The position numbers and the translations under genes were made by a program. A stretch of DNA of 62,087 nt, counting the filler, from Chiloscyllium plagiosum (lineage: Eukaryota): NCBI RefSeq assembly GCF_004010195.1. It is 4 parts of one record of this genome, joined end to end, with 100 filler letters (N's around TTAATTAATTAA, not from the genome) between each part and the next. Parts side by side here need not be neighbours in the genome. Positions count along the whole stretch, not along the records: positions 42,606 to 55,280 come from NC_057716.1; positions 55,381 to 62,087 come from NC_057716.1; 2 more parts are not named here. One strand, 5' to 3'. Below, one piece after another: positions 51,551 through 62,087 of this stretch; the first letter of the stretch is position 1; each line of letters opens with the position of its first letter. The notes under the pieces were generated by a model. That model did not search any database. It saw only the letters and a program-made list of their open reading frames with translations, and was not told the DNA's origin.

Positions 51551-52452
51551 ACTCATAGGAATTGCCTGAGGAATTGAATTTTCTGCTCAGCAGAACCTGC
51601 TGAACATCGCCATTAAAACTGGAGACTTACATCTACTGACTGCGTACTTACCTTACATACCCCTAACTACACCCGCCGACCATTAACATCACCCAGGACC
51701 TCATCTGACAGTCCTTGGGACCCAAAGCCCCTCCGATGGATCTGACCCCCACCCCCTGCCACTGCCACTGGATGTGATCCCGAGACACAACATCCACACA
51801 CCCCACCCACCACTCCACTGCCAGACCAAATTTTACCAGCTCACCCTCACCACTTAACTGCCCTGCTTGCCATCTTTAACACTGGCACTGTACCCACATG
51901 GCACTTTACCCCCTGCTCATGATATCCTACATACATTGGGCACTATCCAGCTGTCACTTAACTCTGACTCCATTGGTCACCCTATTTACCTGGCTTCATG
52001 CCCCCTGACCACCTAGCATCCTATCCACCCAGCACCCTAACATCATACTTGATGATGCACTTATTGTCTGACAGCAGCTGTTAAAGTGTTTTTTGTGGAC
52101 TCTTCAATTCTCAGAATACAGCAACTGACTGTTGTGAAATGGGGATGCAGTCTGCCTTCCTCTGACAGTTCAACATTGCAAAAGACCTGCCAGAATAGAA
52201 GAATGGCTCCACATATCTGAGGGAGACCAAAGCAGATCACTTCCGAAAAACCCATTCCTCCATTGAAAAGAAGGATGAGAGTGGCAACTTGCATGAGACT
52301 GTCACTCCCCAGGAAATCTAGCCCAATATTCATTGTGTTAATAAAATCCCTTGTTGTTTACAGTATACTTCAGTCAGGTGGGTGATCTTTAGTTCAATAT
52401 TCCTCTCATTAACACTGTTATTGAATTATAACCTCAATCGTTATATTTGTAG

Positions 52453-52749
52453 AAAACTGCTACTTGCACCAGCCAGGTTCAAGTGAGACGGAATGAAAGT
52501 CCAGTTGTTATGGTACAATGCATGAACACAAGTATGACAACACCAACCCCAACATCAACACCAACACCAAACACAACGTCGACACCAACACCAACATCAA
52601 CCCCAACCTCAACATCAACATCAACACCAACACCGATGTCAACAGCAACATCAAGGCCAACGTTGACCACAACTACAACAACAACAACCAAATCACCACC
52701 ATCGTCGTCATCGGAAAGCAGTGAATCATCAGAGGAATGCAATACAAAG
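52453..52749 (+). CDS. spp2: SPP2-like exon 4 with Thr/Pro mucin-like insert and S-x-E cluster, intact, phase 0-0
   Basis: atatttgtag| 297 nt |gtaaat. Reads KTATCTSQVQVRRNESPVVMVQC-(TP/TS)n-SSSSESSESSEECNTK, versus recalled SPP2 TAVCRSTVKV...RCSWSSSTSESYSSEE. Confidence 0.8.
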
Positions 52750-52999
52750 GTAAATTGCAGAACTCTGAAAAATTCACTTCATTAAGTACTGGTTTATGAC
52801 ATCCTGTAATCTGATTTGAAATAGTGGTGTCTTATTTTATGTTAGAGCTAAATTGTTATGATAAAGCCTCTATTTGAAACCGTCCAGCATAAGGAGGGAG
52901 GTGAGTCATTTGGCATCTTATTCATGCCATTCAACTAGATCAAGGTTGACCATCTACACAACCCCTTTATTGTGCCCTTATTTTAAAAAAATCATTTAT

Positions 53000-53380
53000 A
53001 GAATGTGGGAGTACCTGGCTTGTACTCTCTATAGCCTGTCCCTAGTTGCCTCTTGAATCACTGCAGTCCACCTGCTTTGGGTTGACCCACAATACCGTTA
53101 GGGAGGGAATTGCAGGATATTGACCCAGCGACAGTAAAGGAATAGCGATATATTTCCAAGTCAGGATGGTGAGTGTTTTGGAGGGGAGCTTGAAGATAGT
53201 GGTGTTCCCATGTATCTGCTGCCCTTGTCCTTTTAGATGGAAGTGGTTGTGGGTTTGGAAGATGCTGTTTGAGGATCTTTGGTGAATTTCTGCAGTGCAT
53301 CTTGTAAATACGGCTATTGAGCGTTGGTGTTGGAGGGAGTGGATGCTTGTGAATGTAATGCTTGATCTCCTTAGGCACAA
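53000..53380 (-). mobile_element. Old LINE 3' fragment (same family as 37895-38720)
   Basis: IHSLQHQRSIAVF..., tatttccaagtcaggatggtg, ttcccatgtatctgctgccct. Confidence 0.65.
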
Positions 53381-54183
53381 ATCTATCATAGCTTTAAATA
53401 TGAGGCAAATGGGGATCCTGGTCTCTGTGCGAAAGATTTCCAAAGATTCACAATAATCTGAGTGAAAAATTTCTCCTATCATTGTCTTAAACGGACAACC
53501 TATTGTCATCGATCTTTGACCCACATGTTCTAGATTCTCCAAATGGGGAAGCTAATCTTTAAAATACTAGTGGAACTTCATATAACTCAATGGCATCACC
53601 ATGTGTTCTTCAAAACTTCAGAGAGAATCAGTTCATCTTACTCAACTCCCTTTATTAAATAGCCCACCCTTTCCAGGAATCAANNNNNNNNNNNNNNNNN
53701 NNNNNNNNNNNNNNNNNNNNNNNNNNNNNNNNNNNNNNNNNNNNNNNNNNNNNNNNNNNNNNNNNNNNNNNNNNNNNNNNNNNNNNNNNNNNNNNNNNNN
53801 NNNNNNNNNNNNNNNNNNNNNNNNNNNNNNNNNNNNNNNNNNNNNNNNNNNNNNNNNNNNNNNNNNNNNNNNNNNNNNNNNNNNNNNNNNNNNNNNNNNN
53901 NNNNNNNNNNNNNNNNNNNNNNNNNNNNNNNNNNNNNNNNNNNNNNNNNNNNNNNNNNNNNNNNNNNNNNNNNNNNNNNNNNNNNNNNNNNNNNNNNNNN
54001 NNNNNNNNNNNNNNNNNNNNNNNNNNNNNNNNNNNNNNNNNNNNNNNNNNNNNNNNNNNNNNNNNNNNNNNNNNNNNNNNNNNNNNNNNNNNNNNNNNNN
54101 NNNNNNNNNNNNNNNNNNNNNNNNNNNNNNNNNNNNNNNNNNNNNNNNNNNNNNNNNNNNNNNNNNNNNNNNNNNNNNNNNNN

Positions 54184-55100
54184 TACAGAACACATTGCTT
54201 GAACTGCACCATGGGCCCTCCCATACAGGTAGAGAGGCCATGATAGCAAGCCTCGGCAGCGAGTGGTGGTGGAAAGGAAATGGGAAAAGATGTGACCATG
54301 TAAAGATGTGACCATGTACTGCTGCAGATGCATGGTTTGTGCACAACATAACCCAGGAGACCTACAAACGTTAAGATGGGACACCAGCCCAGACCTAGGG
54401 GACCCTGGGAATTCCTTCAGATAGACTTTACAGGGTCACTACCACCTACCTGTGGGAAAACATACTGCCTGGTCATCATAGACCGATTCACCCGGTGGGT
54501 AGAGGCATTTCCAACCAAAAGCTGCACTGTGACCACTGTAGCCAGAATATTAGCCGAGGAGCTAATCCCGAGGTGAGGGGATTACCCCTCCAGATCGACT
54601 CTGACCAAGGGACGCATTTTACAGGCAAGGTCATGGAGATTGTCTGCTAATTACTTGGCATTAGACAAAAATTTCACATTCCCTATCACGCCCAAAGCTC
54701 AGGGATGGTAGAAAGAATGAATAGAACGCTCAAAAATATTTCAGCTAAGGCTATGCAAACCTCAGGCAGAACGTGGGCTGAGGTGCAGCCAACCATACTA
54801 ATGAAATTACAAGCCACCGTGAATCAGGCAACTGGGCTAACACCATATGAATTAATGACCGGGCGAGCAATGCAATTGCCAGAGACAATGATCACAGATG
54901 TAGGTCCACTAAAAGACAAAATTCAGTGATATGTCATACAATTACACGCCCAATTGAAAGGGATGCAGAAATCTGTAATTGATAACCAGGACAAAAAGGG
55001 CAAGGCAGGGGACCTCCACCTTCTCTGACATCTGAGCGGCAGGAAGCCGTGTCCTGGTGCGAGCATTGCCTGCCAAACCAGGCTTTGGCCCAAAATGGAA
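54184..55100 (+). mobile_element. pol: Second ERV fragment: integrase (HHCC plus DDE)
   Basis: HHGPSHTG...CMVC, PWEFLQIDFTG, IDRFTRWVEAFP, IDSDQGTHFTG, QSSGMVERMNRTLK, TGLTPYELMTG. Confidence 0.92.
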
Positions 55101-55280
55101 TGGAGAAAGTGAGGACTGCAGATGCTGGAGATCAGAAATGAAAATGTGTTGCTGGAAAAGCGCAGCAGGTCAGGCAGCATCCAAGGAACAGGAGAATCGA
55201 CGTTTCGGACATAAGCCCTTCTTCAGGAATGAGGAAAGTGTGTCCAGCAGGCTAAGATAAAAGTAGGGAGGAGGGACTTG
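55101..55280 (-). mobile_element. PLE pseudo-LTR with hammerhead motif (~55197-55226)
   Basis: Reverse complement: CTGAAGA-agggcttatgtcc-GAAAC-GTC-gattc. Confidence 0.85.
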
Positions 55281-55380
55281 NNNNNNNNNNNNNNNNNNNN
55301 NNNNNNNNNNNNNNNNNNNNNNNNTTAATTAATTAANNNNNNNNNNNNNNNNNNNNNNNNNNNNNNNNNNNNNNNNNNNN

Positions 55381-57515
55381 AATGGTAAGGTCCTAGGGAG
55401 TGTTGCTGAACAAAGAGACCTTGGAGTGCAGGTTCATAGCTCCTTGAAAGTGGAGTTGCAGGTAGATAGGATAGTGAAGAAGGCGTTTGGTATTGCTTTC
55501 CTTTATTGGTCAGTGTATTGAGAACAGGAGTTGGGAGGTCACGTTGTGGCTGTACAGGACATTGGTTAGGCCACTGTTGGAATATTGCATGCAATTCTGG
55601 TTTCCTTCCTATCGGAAAGACGTTGTGAAACTTGAAAGGGTTCAGAAAAGATTTACAAGGCTGTGCCAGGGTTGGAGGATCTGAGCTACAGAGACAGGCT
55701 GAACAGGCTGGCGCTGGTTTCCCTGGAGCGTTGGAGGCTGAGGGGTGACCTTATAGAGGTTTACAAAATCTTGAGGGGCATGGTTAGGATAAATAGACAA
55801 AGTCTTTTCCCTGGGGTCGGGTGTCCAGAACTAGAGGGCATAGGTTTAGGGTGAGAGGGGAAAGATATAAATGAGAACTAAGAGGCAAACTTTTCACGCA
55901 GTGGGTAGTATGTGTATGGAATGAGCTGCCAGAGGAAGTGGTGGAGGCTAATACAATTGCAACATCCAATTGCAATTGGATGGGTATATGAATAGGAAGG
56001 GTTTGGAGGGATATGGGCCGGGTGCTGGCAGGTGGGACTAATTTGGGTTAGGATATCTGGTCAGCATGGATGGGTTGGACCGGAGGGTCTGTTTCCATGC
56101 TGTACATCTCTATGACTCTATGACTCTATAGCTCAGGGCATGGTTAGGAACATGGGATTGGTATATCATAGCAATTCCAGAAACATGGCTCAGGGATGGA
56201 CATGACTGGCAGCTTAATGTTCCAGAATACAAATGCTACAGGAAGGATAGAAAGGGAGGCAAGAGAGGAGGGGGAGTGGCATTTTTGATAAGGAATAGCA
56301 TGACAGCTGTACTGAGGGAGGATATTCCCGGAAGTACATCCAGGGAAGTTATTTGGGTGGAACTGAGAAATAAGAAAAGGATGATCACCTTACTGGGATT
56401 GTATTATAGACCCCATAATAGTCAGAGGAAAATTGAGAAACAGATTTGTAAGGAGATCTCACTTATCTGTAAGAATAATAGGGTGGTTATGGTAGGGGAT
56501 TTTAACTTTCCAAACATAGACTGGGACTGCCATAGTGTTTAGAGTTTAGATGGAGAGCAATGTGTTAAGTACGTACAAGAAAATTTTCTGATTCAATATG
56601 TGGATGTACCTACTAGAGAAGATGCAAAACTTGACCTACTCATGGGCAATAAGGCAGGGAAGGTGACTGAGGTGTCAGTGGGGGAGCACTTTGGGGCCAG
56701 CGACCATAATTCTATTAGACTTAAAATAGTGATGGAAAAGGATAGGTCAGATTGAAAAGTTGAAGTACTAAATTGGAGGAAGGCTAATTTTGATGGCATT
56801 TGGCAAGAACTTTCAAAAGCTGATCGGGGGCTGATGTTTGCAGGTAAAGGAACGGCTGGAAAATGGGAAGCCTTCAGAAATGAAATAATGAGAGTTCAGA
56901 GAAAGTATATTCCTGTCAGGGTGAAAGGAAAAGCTGGTAGGTATAGGGAATGCTGGATGACTAAAGAAATCGAGGGTTTGGTTAAGAACATGAAGGAAGC
57001 ACATGTCAGGTATAGACAAGATAGATCGAATGAATCCTTAGAAAGTATAAAGTAGGAGTGTACTTAAGAGGGAAATCAGGAGGGCAAAAAGGAGACATAA
57101 GATAGCTTTTGCAAATAGAATTAAGGATTTGGGCCGAAGGGTCTGTTTCTGTGCTGTACATCTCTATGACTCTCTGACTGTACCGAGTCATAGAGATGTA
57201 CAGCACGGACATAGACCCTTTGGTCCAACTCATCCATGCTGAGCAGATATCTCAACCTAATCTAGTCCCATTTGCCAGCATTTGGCCCATATCCCTCCAA
57301 ACCCTTCCTATTCATATACCCATCCAGATGCCTTTTAAATGTTGCAATTGTACTAGCCTCCACCATTTCCTTTGGCAGCTCACTCCATACATGCACCATC
57401 CTCTTTCTGAAAAAGTTGCCCATTCGGTCTCTTTTATATCTTTCCCTTCTCACTCTAAACCAATGCCCTCTAGCTCTAGACTCCCCCACCCCAGGGAAAA
57501 GACCTTGTCTATTTA
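55381..57515. mobile_element. Cluster of CR1/HER1 fragments (55381-56130 +, 56131-57125 +, 57129-57178 +, 57186-57515 -)
   Basis: ORF2 C-terminus with tail, endonuclease GLYYRP..VGDFNFPNIDW, and an inverted 3' end. Confidence 0.92.
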
Positions 57516-58889
57516 TATGATGTTGTGCTTAACCAAACGCCTTCTGAAAATCTAAGTACAGTATATCTACTTTTTCTCCTTTCTACATATTGCATGCTAC
57601 TTTCATAAATAATTTCCATTAAATTGGTTCCAAATGACTTCCTTTTCACAATATTATGCATTGACTCAGTCTGATCACTTTTCCAAATGCCCTGTGAGAA
57701 CATTTTTAGTAATAGTTTCTGATGTCTTCCCTATCACAGATTTAAACTAATTAGCCCATAACCTCCTGCTTCCTACCTCCCCCTTTTTTTGAATAAATGA
57801 GTTATATTTGCTTATTTCCAAATTAATGGAACCTTCCCCAGTTCTATGGGAGTTTGGAAAATTAAACTATTTCACTAGCCACTTCTTTTAAGACCCTAGG
57901 ATTCAACCAGACCCAGATTTGTTAGCTTGTAGCTCCAACAATTTACTCAGTTCTGTCTCCTTGCTGAGTGTAGTTTCCTTGAGTTACTCCATCCTATACA
58001 TTTCCTGATTTCTGCTTAATTCATCAGGCATCTTCTTACCTTCCACTATTAATTTCCCGGACTGACTTTCTATTGGACTCACCCTCACTTTGTTTCTTTA
58101 ATAAGACAATAGAAAAACGCTTAACAACTGTTCCCTACTTATTCTTTCTTTCTAACAATTATTCTTCTCTGTTCAAGTGCAAGTTAAACCCATTACCATT
58201 TGGTTCAGAACTGAGAGCATTACCCACTGAGTCACAGCTGACAATAAGGCAGTTTTAGCCCATTTGTTCCAATACTTGCTTCTTGTTCCTTTCTTCAAGT
58301 GAAGATGTGAAAATGCTATAACCCACAGGGATACTGACCAAGAGCTGGGAAGTGAGATTAGGGTGGATAGATTTTAATGTGGGGGTGGCACAGACATAAT
58401 AAATTAAACAGCTTCCTTCTATGCATTAAATGTTCTGATTTATGGCTCAGTGTTCAATGAACCATCATTGTGGCAGTTTTTAATTTTAACATTTGGATGT
58501 TTTCCTTTTTCATTTTGGCTCTGTTTCTTTTATTTGTTCTCCTGTTTCCTTTTAAATTCAAGTTTTGTATTTTAAGATGGTGCCATAGAATGGTGGCTTT
58601 GTACACTTTCCACTGTACTCTTGTATTCATGTATTTGAGTACATGCGACAATAAAATCTAACTCTAAATTCTAAATTCTACTTGAATAATTTGCCTTTGC
58701 TAGTATCTTCACAGATGACCAGAAATTGGTCATGTGATGATGGTAAAATTTTCTGGCTTTAACACGCCATTTAAGAAAACTTCCAGCAAATGGAGACGTC
58801 TCAGATGGCAAAAAAGCTGATGGGACTGAAGCTGTGCTGACTCATTTAAGGCAGAAGGCTGAGTACCAGCCAAATCCAAAGCCATAAAA

Positions 58890-59225
58890 GATGTTGGGTG
58901 CCAGGAACCCCTGGGTTCGATTCCAGCCTGGGCAACTGTGTGTGCAGAGTTTATACATCCTCCTTGTTTCTGAATGGGTTTCCTTGAAGTGCTCTGGTTT
59001 CCTCCCAAAGTCCAAGGATGTACAGGTGAGGTGGATTGGCCATGCTAAATTTCTCATAGTGTCCAGGGATGTATTTACAGGCTAGGTGAGTTAGCCATGG
59101 GAAATGCAGGTTTACAAGGAAACGGAAGTAAGGCGGGGGGGGGGGGGGGGGGGGTTGTGTCTGGGGGCTGCTCTTTGGAGGGTTGGTGTCAGGTCAAATG
59201 GCCTGCTTCCACACCGAAGGGATTC
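58890..59225 (+). mobile_element. HE1-type SINE, diverged
   Basis: gggttcgattcc B-box, ggtttcctcccaaagtccaaggatgt, ggattggccatgctaaatt. Confidence 0.8.
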
Positions 59226-61619
59226 TAAGAAATTGGTTGGTGGGATGGCAGTGCTGTTAGGGATTTCCCATGAGCAATACCTTAAATGAAACAAATACGT
59301 TCTCACTGGTATTCAGCCCCTTCAATTCTGGCAATTACACTACACTTTTCAACATTGGGAGAGGCAATGGTCTAGTGGTTTTATTGCTAGACTATTATTC
59401 CTGAGGCTCAGGTATGTTTTTGGGGACCATGGCAGATGCCAGAATATGAATTCATTAAAAGTCTGAAATTCAGAGTCTAATGATGATTATTAAAACAATG
59501 TCTAATGCTGGAAAATTCCATATGGTTCTCTGATGCCTTTAAGGGAAGAAATTGCTAAGCTTACCTGATCTGGTCTACGTGTGACTTCAGAATGTGGTTG
59601 ACTAATAACTGCCCTTTGGGCAATTAGGAATGGGCAATAAATATTGTCCTGGCCAGCAATGCCCTCGTCCCCTGAATGAATAAAATAAACTTTGGAGAGA
59701 ACCATAGTTATGGGAATTCTGAGGAAGGGTCACTGAATGTTAACTCTGATTTCTCTCCACAGATGCTAAGCTTTTCCAGCAATTTCTGTTTGTGTTGCTG
59801 GTTATGGGCGTGGCTTGATTACACTTCAAAACGGGTTATAACTGGTTCTGTGCAATAGTCTTTACTCAGGCAGATAGAGTTAACTTGCTGAACCTGATGT
59901 TTCGCTTGTAGCTATTCTCTTGAAAGTTGCTGAAACAAAGCAACATGCTTACTAATTAATTATTAGAATCAGTGATATTCACAGTCTCATTCTTTTAAAA
60001 TTTATAAAGTGAACCATATTCACTCAGGACCTTCCCACTGGTAAATGAAGTACAAATATATATATTGTGCTCTTGAGATGCTGTGTAATGCTGTAAGACA
60101 AGACTTTTAACACTGAGCAGGTGTGAGATTTATTAATGCAAAGATAGAAAAGGACAGCAAAACCATTGAAGCAAATGGAGCAGTATTTATTTTTAAGAGC
60201 AACATTCATCAAAAAAAGTGGTGACATGTCTAGAACTGGTCTATTTAAAGCAGAATCTGGTAACAGGCTGAGTAATATATTTCCCCAAGATTTTAAACAG
60301 AGGAATGTATCATTATCAGCTAATTTAGCACCAGAAATGGGATGCTCTGAAAAGCAGAAATGTTTCTTGTACTCGTTTAACTAAACGATAAAGGAGTTAT
60401 CAGTTTGGACATTTGTAGGCAAACTTCACAATCTGTTTTAAGGACCAGGATGTTCCTGGCACTCAAAAATACTACCCCCACCCTCCTCCCCTCATACCAC
60501 CAATATATCGCATACTGTTCCATACTATTGTGAGTCTACGTTGATCGATCACATAAATTCACTTCCATTTAAGAAGAAATATGGGCTGATTTTAATCGCT
60601 ATTTTGATAGTTAAAGGGCTGAGCGAGGAGTTACCATCTGCCACACTTGTCCAATTCTCACTCATTGACCTGACACCATTGGCGCTGGTTGAGCTGTGTG
60701 AGCCTGGGATTTGTACTTGATCCACTAAAATGAAGCTTTGCATTAATTCATATTAGATCCCATATCAGGGGCTGGAACCCATCTGACACGCACCTCTCCA
60801 ACCAATCCTTACACTTTAACCCCACTTTAAAAATCGGGGCTTATACTTCTGTTTAATTACGAATTACAATTTTTAGTTACAAATTTGAAAAAGTCGCCAT
60901 GCATGACAATTTCTTCATAAGAAAAATAAAGGCTTTCATTTCCATAGCACCTTTTCCAAGCTCAGGATATCTAGGTGTGGTCACTGTCGCATCTGTGCTA
61001 CATAACCAAGTTAGAGGCCAGACTTGGAAGAAGAACCGTGACCTGCAACAGGGCGCCGTTCCCCCAGCATCATTGGTGTTACATCAGACTCTGCACCCAG
61101 AAATGGCCCAAACAGCATTAAGAGTGGGCCATACGAGAGAGTGTGCAAAATGGATCTTCAGTAACTGCGTAGAATCTGCAAGCAGTCTTCCTTCTCAGAG
61201 TAGGGGGGGGGGGGGTGTTGAAAGGGTCAGTATGGTGCTGCAACAATATTGGAAAATTCTGTAAAAACTCAGCAGGTCTGGCAGCAACTGTAGAGAGAAG
61301 GCAGCATACAGATGCAGCCAGATCTGCTGAGTTGTTTTCTTAACCCAGCAATTTCTGATTTTGTTTCTGATCAGCAGTTATTTGGTGTTTGGTGCTGCTG
61401 TTGGGCAATAAGGCCAGAAAGGGACAGCTGCCGGCTTTCACTTCCCAGAGGCTGTTGCTATTGTTAGGGCTGGTGCGTTAGATACCAGTGCTTTGGAGAG
61501 AGGAAGGGGTGTATAAGTTTTAGACAGAGGCAGTGGGAGCTGGGATGTGTCTGAAAAGCATTCTCTTTGCAAAGTAACTCAAACCCTGCTCTACTGTGCT
61601 CCCTTCACTGCTGCAGGGA

Positions 61620-61790
61620 ACCTGGAAGACCCATTTTCAAACCGGCCCCGGGGCAAGCGTGGGCGCGCCTCGGGGCCGCGCGCGGCGCCTCTCCATTGTG
61701 TTGGTGGCGCCGGCAGCGCGCCTCGGGGCCGCGCACAGTGCTCGCCGATTGTGTCGATGAGGCGGGAGGGAGCGCTGACTGTCTTCGGGG
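61620..61790. promoter_or_regulatory. CpG-rich patch, possible promoter or enhancer
   Basis: The densest CpG cluster in the window; the 19-mer gcgcgcctcggggccgcgc occurs at 61663-61681 and 61716-61734. Confidence 0.55.
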
Positions 61791-62087
61791 ATACATTGTG
61801 ACTGTTTCCAGTCTTACATTGTATCCAGCTTCAGGGGGGCAATTGCAACAGGCTGCCGGGCAACTCCAACCCGAAAAATGGATCGGGAGCTCCAGGTGGG
61901 AGTTTCTACATTTTCCCCCCCACCCCCCTTCCTGCACTTTGTGTGTGAGAAAACCGTGAAGGGAGAGAGAGAGATTGAGGAAACCGGGAGAGCGAAAGAG
62001 GAGCTGAAATGAGGAGGGGGAGGGACACCGAGTGGGTAGGAGACATGGAAGGTGAAAAGAGAGAGGGGAGATGGGGAAGGGGCTGAG

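Noticed and set aside
52479..52742. Minus-strand Val/Asp/Gly repeat ORF and the alternative Asn-rich plus frame
   Set aside because: Shadow frames of the Thr/Pro repeat; splice phase and Cys/Ser motifs support the 52453 frame.
53601..54384. 229-236 aa ORFs in the ORF track
   Set aside because: They consist mostly of X from the ~500-nt N gap.

Overview
Repeat-dense vertebrate genomic DNA. HE1-type SINEs and HER1/CR1 LINEs point to a cartilaginous fish, probably a shark; this is an inference. The window has four main components. (1) A decayed ~11.8 kb endogenous retrovirus on + (~13160-24926): truncated 5' LTR, Ser-like PBS, gag with two Zn-knuckle relics, protease, an RT resembling foamy/snakehead/loki-type RTs, RNase H, integrase, a gamma-type env, PPT and a full 914-bp 3' LTR. 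A second, better preserved integrase fragment lies at 54184-55100. (2) An SPP2 (secreted phosphoprotein 24)-like cystatin-fold locus on +. Its promoter, exon 1 and exon 2 are duplicated (~34460-35570 and ~45850-47426), and both copies are damaged. Exons 3-4 are intact (48931-49053, 52453-52749), and exon 4 carries a Thr/Pro mucin-like insert before the S-x-E cluster. (3) Many Penelope-like element (PLE) pieces with minimal hammerhead ribozyme cores, several inserted as short fold-back units with 12-15 bp target-site duplications (TSDs). (4) CR1, Rex1 and RTE LINEs, HE1 SINEs, a fragmented Harbinger transposase, a few tandem repeats, scaffold gaps and a terminal CpG-rich patch. All calls come from reading by eye, and repeat boundaries are approximate.
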